A stretch of 63,923 nucleotides of DNA, the filler included, from Hyphochytrium catenoides (lineage: Eukaryota > Protista > Hyphochytriomycota): the NCBI GenBank assembly GCA_900088475.1. It is 9 parts of 9 records of this genome, joined end to end, with 100 filler letters (N's around TTAATTAATTAA, not from the genome) between each part and the next. Parts side by side here need not be neighbours in the genome. Positions count along the whole stretch, not along the records: positions 1 to 31,070 come from FLMG01002635.1; positions 31,171 to 37,551 come from FLMG01000258.1; positions 37,652 to 42,941 come from FLMG01004641.1; 6 more parts are not named here. One strand, written 5' to 3'. A program made the position numbers and the translations under genes. The notes beneath the pieces were generated by a model, which worked only from the letters and a program-made list of their open reading frames with translations, had not been told where the DNA came from and did not search any database. This document shows, piece after piece, positions 26,739 through 38,745 of the stretch (positions are counted from its first letter, which is position 1; the number at the start of each line of letters is the position of its first letter).

Positions 26739-27242
26739 GTTCAGAGAACAGTCAGAGATATGGCGAGTGGCCCTCAAAGGCTGAGTTCTATCAAACTACG
26801 CTCTTCCTCTACTTTCCTTTCTCTTGCTCGGCATCGCCCGCCATCGTCACTTAACTTCGCTTCTCTCCAATCTCCCACTCTCTCTCTCTCTCCCTCTCTC
26901 TTCCTCTCTCCCTCCCTCTTTTCTCTCCTCCTTGCAATGCAAGGCATTATAAAAGACCGATGGATCCATCACACATCATTCCTCTGGAGCTTTGACAGCA
27001 ATAACATGAGCTACCTGCAGATCCCAGAGAAGCGTCCGGACTATAGAAAAGACAGAGATCACGATGAATTTCTATGCAGATTAGAGGAATTTGTAAGAGA
27101 GAGAGACAGCGTGAGAGACAGAATGGCAGCAGAGCTTCCTCAGTGGTTTGAAGTGGTAGAAAGTACTCTGGAGGAGGCTGAGAGTCTAGCAGAAGAGGGA
27201 GAGAAAGCGTTTACACCGCGGACATTCTGGCTACACTTTTAA
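24551..27242 (+). CDS. lplA: Lipoate-protein ligase A (BPL/LplA/LipB catalytic domain), 5 exons
   Basis: The spliced product reads MPIFDQLCLEEKLLR..NW|FVVNEG..TVVLGINGKP..|DGIPLIKRFSGGGTVVVD..FPRPIMNWT..|EHDYVLGKRKFGGNAQ|GIIKDRWIHHTSFLW..YLQIPEKRPDYRKDRDHDEFL. RxSGGG and KFGGNAQ are LplA motifs. Confidence 0.92.
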
Positions 27243-27836
27243 CGGCCTCTAACCCGGCTTGGAACGGAAAACTTTGTTCTCTTTCTTCTCTTGGCCCTCT
27301 TTTCTCTGCTGTGAGACAAGCCACGTGACTCCTCTCTTTGTCCCTCTCTTTCTGTCTCTTTCTCTGTCTCGTCTTCCGTTAGCCACCTCCTGCAAGGCGA
27401 GCAGAGGTGATTAGGTCTCTCACTCTCTCTCTATCGGTCTGTGGGTCTGTCTCTCTCTAACCCCCCCTCTGTCTCTCTTTTCACTCCGCAGTCTCTCTCC
27501 TCTATGTTCTGACATACACTTGAATCTCTTCTGGCTGACAAGGTGAATAGATGAAAATGACAAAGATAGACTGCCTCTCTTGCTGTGTTAGTGTTAGAAG
27601 AGAGGAAAGAAAGGAGGCATGGACTGTTAATGAGACAGGGGAACTTGAGATCCTGGCCATCTTCTAATCGCCTTGTTAGTTTGTTGAAGGACGTCACAGA
27701 CAAACAGCGGTTGAGAGCAAAAGAGAGAGAGAAAAGAGAGGGAAGAGAGAAACTCATGAAAGAAGACCAAGCAATAGGCTAGCCTGCGAAGGGAAAGAGA
27801 GAGAATAGGGACGGTTTGTGCCAGAGCAGCACGTCA

Positions 27837-28991
27837 TCAGCTGCTGAAGCAAGCTCCCACGGCATCATTGAGAGCTACATCTGCTGCTGTCTTTCCTGCC
27901 TTGTTCGCCGCCTTTCTATCGGCTCCAGCAGCCAGCAGAACCTTCACCACAGAGGTGAAGCCACAGCGGGAAGCGAGGTGCAAAGCAGTGTTTCCTAAGA
28001 GCAAAGGGAAGAAGAGAAGCGCAAGCAGTTAGCGGGGAAAGAGAGAGAGAGTAAAAGTATCAATAAAAAGAGAGATGGACGAGAGAGTCAACGAGAGAAG
28101 AACAGAGAGGGAGAGAGGAGAAGGGAAAAGAGAGGAAGAGAGAGAGAGTCAGAAGGTGAAAAATGGTTCGCTTCCCCATGGTAATAGGAAGGGAGAATGA
28201 GGAGAAAATTGAGTTCGAGACAGAGAAGAAAACAGAGCCGCAAGTACAAAAAGAGAGAGAGAGAGACAGAGAGAGAGAGAGAGACCGAGAAAGAGAGAGA
28301 AAGACCGAGAGAGCGAGAGAGAGAGAGCAAAGAAAAACAAGCTCACCCTCTTTATCGGCTGCTTGAGCGTTAGCGCCCATTCCGATCAGCTTCTCCACCA
28401 GGGAAGAGTGTCCGTTGGTGACTGCCCGGTGGAGAGGAGTCACAGCGTTTCCATTGACAGCGTTCACATCTCCGCCAGCGGAGAGAAACATCTCACAGGG
28501 CGCGATGACTCCCCTGGCGGCCGCCCAGTGCAGAGGAGTATTCCCCGCATCGTCCTTAGTCTTCGGGTCAGCTCCTGCTTCCAAGAGGGCCTGCAGTTGA
28601 CCAAGAGGAGTGAGAGAGAGGAAGGAAAGAGAGAGAAAGAGAGCGAGAAGGAGGGAGAGAAAAGTTTCAAGAGAGAGACAGAGAAAGAGAGAAAGAAAGA
28701 GAGGGAGCGAGAGAGAGAGAAAGAAAGAGGGGGAGCGAGTGAAGGAGAGATGAAGAGAGAGAGGTAGGTGGCACAGCGACAGGATCGGGCAAGAAAAGGA
28801 AAGAGTGAGAGAGAAAAGAGGAGGGTAGGTCAACCGCAGACAGCAAGATAGGGAGAGGAGCAAATATAAGGAGGAGAGATAATGAAAGACGACAGAAGGA
28901 CATAAAGATGTACAGAAACAGAGAAAAATCTAGTGGTAGAATAAGCCAGAGAGAGAGAGAGAGATCGCTCTGTGTAAATAGGTAGATATAG

Positions 28992-29036
<45 letters not shown>

Positions 29037-29818
29037 CGACAAGAATAGCAAGAGAGATTAAGCTAGGGGTGGAGATAGAGAGAAAATAGAGGGAGAGTAA
29101 GGAGAAAGGAGCGGGAGCACGTTAAGTGCTAGAGAGAGGAATAGACAACAGCAACCTCCTCCCCAGGTTTGGAGAAGCAGAGGAGTTGCTTGGCCCTGCT
29201 ACCTTGATAATGTCTTCTTTGATGATGTTCGCCGCGTGATGCAGAGGGCGCATTCCTCCGTACCCAGCAGTCTGCAGCGCAATGGCGTCAGTCAGAACCT
29301 TTGCCTCTGTCTCTCTCTCTCTCTCACTCTCTCTCTCTCTCATTTACGCTCCTCTCATTTGCTCGCCGCACATTGCCCCCTCTCTAATAACGTTCTCTCT
29401 CTCTCTCTCCTCTGTCTCTCTAATGCTCTCTCTCTCTCTCTGTTGTTCTTTTCTCTGTCTCTCTTCTTCTGTCTTCTTCCCTCTCCTCTCCTCTGTCTAC
29501 CCTCTCTGTGTGTGTGTCTCTCTCCCTTTGTGTCTCTCCCTCTCCCCTTCGTGTGCCCTTTTCTCTTACCCTTTGTGTCTCTCTTCCCCTTCCTCCTCTT
29601 TCACCGGCCTAATGGCCTGGCCTTACCTCTACATCCACCTTCCGACTCAAAAGGAGAGACACTACCTCCAGGTTTCCGCTTCTGCAAGCCCAGATCAGCG
29701 GAGGGCAACCGAACTCGTCCTAGAAGCAGACACAGTGTATGTGTGAGAGCGGCCGCGAGAGGAGAGGAAGAGAAGGAGAGAGCGAGCGAGAGAGAGTGAG
29801 AGAGAGAAAAAAAAAAGT

Positions 29819-29855
<37 letters not shown>

Positions 29856-30111
29856 TGGATGAGAGAAGAGAGAGTCATAGAAAACGATAGAAGTGAAAAT
29901 GAAAGAGAGAAAGGCATGGCACAAAATGGCCAGGGCCAAAGGGGTTGTGAGGAGTCTGAGCAATGAGACAGAAGCGCCGACGCATCGCTACCTTGGCTGC
30001 CAGGTCGATGCTCTGGCTCTCGATGAGCTCCTTCAAAGGCCCAATGCTGCCGAGTGCAGCCAACCGATGAGGATTTCTATCACTTTGAGGCTGAGCAAGC
30101 GTTGCCATCAT
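27837..30111 (-). CDS. Ankyrin-repeat protein (about 6 repeats, 5 exons)
   Basis: Repeats read DEFGCPPLIWACRSGNLEVVSLLL, GMRPLHHAA, GNTPLHWAAARG, VTPLHRAVTNGH and GNTALHLASRCG..GKTAADVA. All are joined by GT-AG introns, with TGA at 27837. Confidence 0.92.
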
Positions 30112-30569
30112 GGGCTAGAGCGGGAGAGAGACCACGAAGACTGAATGACAGGATCTCCGTCTTCAGACAGCTTGTATACTAGAGAGACAGCAGTTGGTGC
30201 TCGACAGCTCACCGGGAAAGCGAAGATAAGACTTGTCTCGATGGGTGTGATGGATGATGGTAGGAGAGCCAGCCCTAGAGACTCAAGGGAATGAATGGGC
30301 CATGAGAGAGAGAGAGTTGGAAGGACGAGCGATAGATGAGGAGGGGTTGAGATGACGGAAGGGAGAGAAAGAGAGAGGGGGGAGAAGGAGAGCAAGAGAG
30401 AGACAGAAAGAGAGACTGAGAGCGAGAGCGAGCGAGAGAGAGAGTGAGAGCGAGCGAGCGAGAGAGAGCGAGAGAGAGGGGGAGAGAGCGAGAGCGAGAG
30501 CGAGAGCGAGAGAGAGAGAGAGAGAGAGAGANNNNNNNNNNNNNNNNNNNNNNNNNNNNNNNNNNNNNN

Positions 30570-30605
<36 letters not shown>

Positions 30606-31070
30606 TCATCATTATTGTGTGTCTCTTCTTCAGATGCACATCCGTTTTCCACGAGGGTTGTGGTAACCAATATAAAATAACCAAATGAGCTGAAGCTCTG
30701 ATTCTTTTCAAGTCCATCCCCAGCTTTCTCTAAAAATTGATTTTTTTCGGATTCTTATTTTAGGGGGAGATTGAGGTTTGCGATGGTTGGAGACTGAGAG
30801 TTGGAGTTCTGAAGCTGCAATAATCTTCAGAAAGGCCCATGGACATTGGGATCCTAGCTATAACGAGGCATCCAATCAGCAGCAGACCAGGTGGTAGGGA
30901 GAGGACGAGTTATCTGTAAAAGCTGTGAATACCGGGACCTTTTCGCATCTTGTAGGTGAAAGCGGCACAATGACAGTTCTTAGGCGCTGCAGCTCCCTGG
31001 CGCATTTTAAGCGTAGACACGGCATTCAGCCATCATTATCTCCTTCTCTATGTTTCTCCTTGAGCACCAG

Positions 31071-31170
31071 NNNNNNNNNNNNNNNNNNNNNNNNNNNNNN
31101 NNNNNNNNNNNNNNTTAATTAATTAANNNNNNNNNNNNNNNNNNNNNNNNNNNNNNNNNNNNNNNNNNNN
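31071..31170. other. Artificial contig linker (N-TTAATTAATTAA-N). Identical linkers at 37552-37651, 42942-43041, 44236-44335, 45454-45553, 47208-47307, 50718-50817 and 52420-52519
   Basis: Eight identical 100-nt N blocks each carry a six-frame stop cassette, and genes are truncated at their edges. Confidence 0.97.
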
Positions 31171-31816
31171 TGTCCTAGAGACCGACTCCCCCAAAACCTT
31201 TCTAATCCAACAGTCGTTCCTGGAAAGAAACATTTTTTGAATCTTCCATCAAAAGGTTTCCAAACGAAAAGTATTATAAGGTTAAATGTATATACATTGA
31301 TTGCAAAACCTCAGGCGAAATATTCCAATGGTTTCATGACGATGGCTGAATTGCCGTTAGCCGCTAGATTTAAAAGGATATAGCGGTTACCGGTCCTCTG
31401 TTGAAGTGAAGATTATGAAGTGCTAGATGAAGATTTATTATTGCCAAAACCAAAGGCCGGGAAGGCCGAAGATGAGAGATTATCGGGAAGGAGAGGCGCC
31501 GAAAGAGACCGACAGGGCATGAAAGGAGAAGAGATCCTGCAAGGAGGAAAGAGTCGACGAGAGAAAGTATAGGAAAAGCGAAAAGGAAGGAGCGGGCCAA
31601 TAGATTAGGCAGAAGAACGTCCGACTGCGAGAGAGCGCCAAGAAACGAGGTCGTACTCTTCGACGGGATAAGCTACACAGGGGCTCTTCCTTCTAATAGA
31701 CTGGTGCCTCTTGGAAGGCTTCTTCAACCGAACTGGAGAACAGAATCTTGCCGTCAGTGACTTGTTGTTAGGAGGGCACGGCAAGACCGTGCTTCAGATT
31801 CTATTCCTCAGAGCCG

Positions 31817-32275
31817 ATGTGTGATCATTGGACCGCTGTCACTCGACCGCTTCATCTACTTCTCTGTCTCTGCCTCTGGCTCTCTCTGTCAGTAGAGCAC
31901 ACAGAGGCAGGCGACAAGCTAGTCAACAACGGCAATCCCATACTAGTAGAGTGCATTTGCAATGAGAACAACTTTGCGTCTCAAGAACTTGCGACCACGG
32001 AGACAGGAGATCCCGCAGCGTCAGAAGCGCAATACTTCGACTGCCGTACACAAGTCTTTGGCCCGGAGTCTAAGGGAATCAACTGGTACGAGAACGGGCC
32101 ATTTGACCCTAATGTTATCTACTGGAGAGGGACTCCTAGCCAGGCTGATCCGCAGTCTCCAGCTGTGATGAGCCTAAAGAAGAGCGGCTATGACTGCTAT
32201 AAGATCCCGCTGTATATCAAGCCAAAGACCTTGGAAGATCTTGCAGCGGAGACTGCAGCTCAGCAACAACGATAA
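31817..32275 (+). CDS. Intronless small secreted Cys-containing protein, unknown function
   Basis: This is a 152-aa non-repetitive ORF with a hydrophobic N-terminus (LHLLLCLCLWLSLS) and a TEA/G cleavage-like site. The mature part has 4 Cys. Confidence 0.65.
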   Translation: MCDHWTAVTRPLHLLLCLCLWLSLSVEHTEAGDKLVNNGNPILVECICNENNFASQELATTETGDPAASEAQYFDCRTQVFGPESKGINWYENGPFDPNVIYWRGTPSQADPQSPAVMSLKKSGYDCYKIPLYIKPKTLEDLAAETAAQQQR

Positions 32276-32936
32276 GTTTAGTCGTAAAGGGCATCCCTTT
32301 GATTCCCTAGTAATAGCGACGGAGAAACGAACAAGAGGAAGGGCTTAAGGGCTTCAATCGACCGCAGAGAGAAAAGGTTCATTGCGATTGAGAAGCCAAG
32401 CCACGGTATGACCAAGTTCTCTTCTTCTCTCTCCTTTCTTTCTTCTCTCTGCTCCCCTTAAGGAAAAAGGGATTCTCTGGCCCAGGGCGATGTCAGTGGA
32501 GGAAAAGACCTCGGCTGGCATACTCTTTGCTCCTGCCTTATATCTCTCTCAATGAGCAAAACGAGGAGATACACAGAAAGAGAGGCGGCGGGAAGAGAGA
32601 GGAGAAGAGAAAGATAGGGAGAATAGAGGTTATGCTGAAGAGTTGCAGACGAAGACACAGAGAGAGTAACAAAGGGGACAAAGAGGGTTGGGGTGTTGGA
32701 GCCGCGCGCCCGCGAGAGAGAAAGAGACGGAGAAAGAGAGAGACAGAGAGAAAGGGTCGCCGCACAGGGAGAGCGCTGCTATGCAAGACTTCTAATAAAA
32801 CAAAGGCATCGTGTTGACACAAATAAATAGAACAACAAAGTACACATACAGGCAGAAGGTGGGAGCTTCGCGTCTTAGCAAGGTTTTGTCTCTCTCTCTC
32901 GCTCGCTCGCTCTTTCTCTCTCTCTCCTTTCTGCAT

Positions 32937-34882
32937 CTAGACATCAGAAAAGTCATCCTCAAGGGAACTATAACTGACATCGCTCTCGTAGAAGCGACGT
33001 CTCCTCTTCAAGAGCCGGGAAGTTCTCTCTCTTTCCATATTCTCGTAGTGCGCCTGGGCATCTTTCTTTCTCTTGCAGGCACTCTGGAGAGCCTTAACGA
33101 TATCTCGCGGTATCTTCTCGTCCTTCTCGCCATTTAGCCAGCTGTCGGGACCCCTTCGGGCTCCTGATGGAACCTTAGGGAGAAGAAAGAAGAAGCATTG
33201 CGTGCCTGGAAGGTGACGGACAATCCGGCAAGAATGTGGACAAGAAGAAGGGAAGAGACCGAGAGGAAGGAAAGAGACAGTGGTCAGTCTCCAAGCAATT
33301 TCTATGGCAAAAAGGGTTCTGAGGCTCCTACCGATGCAGACTAAAGCTCGGGAGTCCAGCCGCTGAGGCTTGGAGAGGTGCGTTAGGACAGTGCCGTCCA
33401 CAGTCAGATCCGCGTCCATACTTAGACACTTGATCTCATAGAACTGGCAAGAGAACGACCAGACAAAATTGAAAGAGAGAGTGAGAGTGAAGCCACAGAG
33501 GCATCCAGTATGGGGAGAAAGGGAACGACAACGAGACCTACTGCCCCATCAGAGGAGCGCGGAAGAGCTAGAAGAAAGAAAACAGCTCGTGAACAGAGTA
33601 TAAGGACGAAGCCTAAGGGCCTGGAGAGAAAGGGAGAGAGAGAGAGAAGAGTGGGAGGGAGAAGTCTCACCTGTCTTCTAACGTTCCAGACGATGACGGC
33701 GTGCTTGTGGTCAATATTCAAGTCAAAGCCCAAGTGGCAGAGCCCGTCAGGACCCCGGGAGCCAGGGACGGGGCTAATCCCATACTTTCGCCGTACAGAC
33801 GCTTCAGAAGTTGAGAGCCGGCCCAGGACGAGCCGAGGTCGCAGCATGAAGTGAAGAAAGCCTAAAAAACACGGCGTTAGGAGGGACAGTGAAGAAAGGC
33901 GGGGGAGAGAACAAAGAGAATAGGGAGAAGACGGGTAGCAAAAGGCCTTAGGGTAGGTGGCGAAGCCGGAGAAGAGAGAGGGACAGGAGTAAAAGGAGAG
34001 ATAGAAAGGAGGGAAAGAGAGAAAGCGGAAGAGGTGAGAGAGAGACTAAATGGAGGACAAAAGAGATAAGCAATGGACGAAATAAGAGAGAGGGAAGAGA
34101 GAGAGGGAGAGGAGAGAGAGAGAGAGGGAGACAGGGAGGGAGAGAGAGGAGAGAGAGAGAGGAGAGAGGAGATAAGGCGGCACCTGGTCCCTCAAGCTTC
34201 GCATATGCCGCTGGTTGTGGCATCATCGCTCCTGGTATCTCTCTCGCATCCGATCTCTGCAGAGCCAGCAAGGCTCGCACATGCCGCCGCAATAGAGGAA
34301 GAGGGTGGGCCACGCTCCAAGGAGAGACTTCCACTAGGGTAAAGCGGCGCTTCCTCTGGACCTGAACAAGCAATTAGAGAAGTGGAGAGAGCCCACATGA
34401 GGGTGCTGAAGAAGAGAAAAGAAGGAAACAGTTCCATACAAAGGAGAACACCCATACAGGTAAGGCAGGAAGGATTACACTGCGAAGAGAGATGAATCGA
34501 GAGAGAGAGACCGGATTGTAAAGATACTGGAGAGATAGAGAGAGGGAAGATGGCACGCGGAGAATGTGCAGACTTACTGCGGCGGCTGCGGATGGAGGTG
34601 GCGGGTGATGCGCCCTGACGTGAGCGCCAAAGCGTGAGGGCTCCGTGAATGTTAGAGGGCACTGGGGACATGTGTAGGTCTAGGGAAGAGACAGATGGAG
34701 ACACAGCAGCATGAGCATATTGTAAGGGCCAGAAGAGAGAGCCGAGAGGGGCTTATAACACCAAGAGAAAGAGTGGCAAATGGACTGTTAAGATACTGGA
34801 GAGAGAGAGACAGAGACAGCGAGCATACAAACAGAGAGGGAGCGAGAGAACGAGAAAGGGGACGGAGTAGGTAGCGAGAGAG

Positions 34883-34925
<43 letters not shown>

Positions 34926-37551
34926 AGACGAGGACGGAGTAGGTAAAGTGTCAAGGGTATCTGTGTGCCTCTTCCACTCCTCCTAACGTTCGTCTCCTCA
35001 CCTTTTCTTCGTCTACCATTCTCTGGGAGATGAAGTCAAAATCATCTCCCTCTTCCTGCGACAAAAATCTTCCTCTTCCTGTCTCTTCTATAAGCCCATC
35101 CTTCAAATGCCGCTGCTTCTCTTCCTCTATCTTCTTCTCCACCTCTCGTAGCTTGCTCTGCAGTTCCTCTTTCCTCTGGTCCTTGAGACCAACAGGGACA
35201 GAGGGGACAGAAAAGAACTGGACGTGCTCTCTCCCTTGCTCGAGAATTTCCATCTCCTCCTCTTTCACTTTCTGGCGGAGAGGGCTAGGAGACGGCTTCT
35301 TGACTGGAGAAGAGGGAGAGAGAAGCTGCGTGAGGGCAAGCTTGTTCCCCACGGGAGCCGATGCAGGTCTTTCAGGCTTTTTCTCTGTCTTGACAGAGAA
35401 AGGGAAAGAAAGAGAGAGAGGCTTGTCCTCATCTTCGTCTTCCTCAGAGGAAGTAGACTCGCTATCGTTGCTGCTCCCGCTACTGCTACTGCTCCTTTCT
35501 TTCCTTCCTCTTTCTCTTTCCTTTCCTTCTCTTCGCTCCTCCACCATTGCCAGCTCGCTTTCTAGTGCCTCTTTCTCTTGCTCTAGGGCACTCAGGACCT
35601 CACTTTTCTCCCTCATTCCTTCTCTTGGCGTCATGGCCTTCCCTCTCTCTCTCCATCCTCGCTGTGGACTGCCCTTCCCATGCTTAGGAGCGTTGAGCAT
35701 CACAATGACTGGATTCGTGCATTTCCTGTTCTTGCAGCTCTGCTTCCTCATCCCTGGTCCTCCGTATTTCTTCATGTCTCTACAATGCGAGCAGACCATA
35801 CAATCATCAGACAAGCAGCCCGCGCACTTCCCGCACCGCATAGTTCTCTTCTGCTCTGCTGTCTCTCCCTTGTCTTTCTTCCCTCTCTCTTCTTCCCTCT
35901 TCGTGCCAGAGAGAGAAAAGGAGAGAGAAGAGTCTTCAGGAAGAGGAGGAGAGTCATCCATTCCAAGGACAGGATCAAAGCCCAGCCCGAGAGAGTCCTC
36001 ATAGTCAACCTCCCGTGCGCGCTTCCGACTCTTAGTAGAGCTGTCTTTCACGCCATTGACAGACTTTCCTCTCTTTTCCTTCTTTCCGCTCGATCGCTGG
36101 TGAGAAGAGAAGGACGAGGACCGAGAAAGGCCATTGCTCTGTCCCTTGCCCCGTCTCTTTTTCTCGACAGGCTCTTGCTCTATGTCCATCAGTGCCGTCG
36201 TGGGCGGAGAAGAGAGAGAGGCAGGACCTGCAGGTGAAGGAGGATACTCTCCGTCTTTCTTCTCTCCTCCTTTCTCCCTTCCTTCTTGCCCTAGAATGAC
36301 GACAATAGGAGTGATGCACTTGCGCTGTTTACATCCCTGTTTCCTCAGTCCAGGGCCGCCATACTTCTTCATATCTTTGCAGTGCAAGCATTCCATACAA
36401 TCCTCGGCCAAACAGCCCTCACACTTTCCGCAGCGCATTGTTCTCTTCTTCACTTTCTCTCCGTCTCTCTCTCCTCCTCCTTCTTGAAAGGAAGACTTGC
36501 GAGAGAGAGAAGGCGTCGTCTGGACTTCAGAGGCGTTCTTCCTCTTTCCCTTGGCTCCTCCTCCGCCAGATTTGGGAGTCGATTTTCCCTTCTTTTTCAA
36601 TGACGAAGAGGAAGGCGTCTTGCTCTTGGAGGCAGAACGGGGAACGACTGGAGAAGAGATCGAAGAGTCTTCGGGTCTTAAGGTGTCCAGAAGAGAGAGA
36701 GGATCGTCTTCCAGAGTGGTCACTGGCGCAACGGATGCAGAGATAGAGGAGGGTGTCAAGCTGGGCCTCCTAGAGAGAGAGAGAGAAGAGACCGCGGTGG
36801 AAGTAGGCAAAAGAGAAGGTTGTGGCAGGGAAGGCAATGGAATATGCGCCGAAAGAGAGACACAATCCTCCCCAACTCTTCGTCTGCTCTCCTTAATGGG
36901 ACGAGAGAGAGTGAAAGGCGCTGAAGGAAGAAGAGTAGGTGTTGCACTCGAAAATAGCGGCTTCTCTTTCTTTGGCCGTGGAAGCGCTTTCTCTCGTGCC
37001 TCCTCCGCCTTGCTCTCTGTCTTGATCTCTGGTTTATAGAAAAGAAAAGTGCATGTGAGAGCCCGAGAGAAAGACAAGAGAGAGAACGTGCCCAAGTCGC
37101 GCTCGCCAAGAGAAACCTACTAGGATCAACTAGGGAAAGGTAGATCAAAGAAGAAAGGCTTGTGGAAGAGACGAAACTCATAAGGGCCAAGCCATCAAGG
37201 ACAATGAACAGACCGAGAGAGACCGAGAGACGGAACGGAAAAGAGAGAAGGAAGGAAATGGGGAGGGCAAGGCACTTGATAAACTTACCGGCAGAATGTC
37301 CTTTCTCCGTCCCTGACTCCGTCACTTCTTCTTCCCTCCCATCCGCCGTCACCCGATAGTAGGTCACGATTGCCTTCTTGCACTTTCTCTTCTTGCAGCT
37401 CTTTCGTCTCTCTCCTTTGCCGCCATATTTTTTCATGTCCTTGCAGTTCCGGCACTTTCTGCAGTCTTTTGCCTTACATCCTGCACATTTTCCACAGCGA
37501 GAGACTCTCTTCTTCAACTTTCCTTTCCCTTTCTCGCTCTTCTTTTCTTTC
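32937..37551 (-). CDS. Multi-CXXC zinc-finger protein with a C2H2 finger and a C-terminal FHA domain (5' truncated)
   Basis: There are three RCGKCxGC..DC..C.xCxDMKKYGG.G.RK..CK.RKC motifs and an exon TYTCPQCPLTFTEPSRFGAHVRAHH (C2H2). The segment AYAKLEGP|GFLHFMLRPRLVLGR..NIDHKHAVIVWN..|FYEIKCLS..LTVDG..LDSRALVCIG|TQCFFFLLP is a FOXK/Fhl1-type FHA. Confidence 0.88.
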
Positions 37552-38745
37552 NNNNNNNNNNNNNNNNNNNNNNNNNNNNNNNNNNNNNNNNNNNNTTAAT
37601 TAATTAANNNNNNNNNNNNNNNNNNNNNNNNNNNNNNNNNNNNNNNNNNNNGAAGACAGGGAGGAGAAAAAAGGAAAGAAGCATGAGGGAGCTCACCCGG
37701 CCACTAAGGGCGGGGCCGGGGAAAATCCTCAGAAGGCGGTTGCGGCGGAGGGAGAACCACTGACGGAGATGAAGCGGCGAACTTATTATTAGAAGTAATA
37801 GAAGAAAAAGTAAAAAAGATGAATCTTTTACTTCCGTCTTTTCTTCTTCCTTTTCTCTTCATCTCCTTCTTCTTCCTCCTTGTTTTCTTCTTCTTCTCCT
37901 TTTTAGAACTACTTCTTCTTAGTTTATAGTAGTAGTAGCTATCATCCCTATAAATAATGACAGATCGAGCTGGTCCATATGCCGCCCGTATGCTCAATAA
38001 AGGATGATGATGGTCCCTTCTTCTTCCTCCTCTTCTTCCTCCTCCTTCTTCCCCCTCTTCTTCCGAGTAGTACAGCAGGAAATAGTCACACAGCGCACAA
38101 GTGATCCGTATTATTTATAAATCGTTGTTTTATAACGAAACATATCCTCTAATAAAAAGAGAGCACACGCAGAGAAAAGATGCGTGGTCTAGGCTTCGGT
38201 CTCTTGTCCTTCCGTAGACCCGGATCAAAGGCAGAGAGAAAGAGCACTAGAGTTCGGGCCATAGGAAAAAACTACGGAGTAATAAGTCGTATCTGTAGGA
38301 ACAACGAACCCTTAGAGGCAGTCCGCGTACATACAAAGATCTGGTCTGAAGAAGAGCCGCAGAATCCCTACCGCCGGTTTCCCTTGTAAGACCATTCTCA
38401 ATCGTTCACCAGAGTCCTACTGCATTGTTGAGGCCATCCTAATGTCCTAATGGCAACAACGTCAAGCATATTCCTTGAATCGTATGTTTACTTCCGACTT
38501 CAAGGGCGAAGGGCTAACATTCAGTCCTCGAGGGAAAAGTTGCGAATCTGGGTCTCTACGAGTATTAACTACCAGCCGCCGATGCGTGCAGCATTGCAAT
38601 CACAAGCAATTGACGCAAGCAAACGAACAAACGAAACTCTAGTTCTTCATTTTTCCTTTCTCTGGGTCGTGGTAGGCACTACCTCGTCCACAGGGAACGT
38701 TTCGGAGTTCGATTCCAGTCGATTTCCCTTCCCTCTACCGTTGCC

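Noticed and set aside
29625-29720. Suspected frameshift in an ankyrin exon
   Set aside because: Re-reading gives an intact frame (GNLEVVSLLLSRKVDVE) with phase-0 junctions.
35030-37039. Long plus-strand ORFs (324 aa, 185 aa, 180 aa)
   Set aside because: They are antisense shadows of the large CXXC exon.
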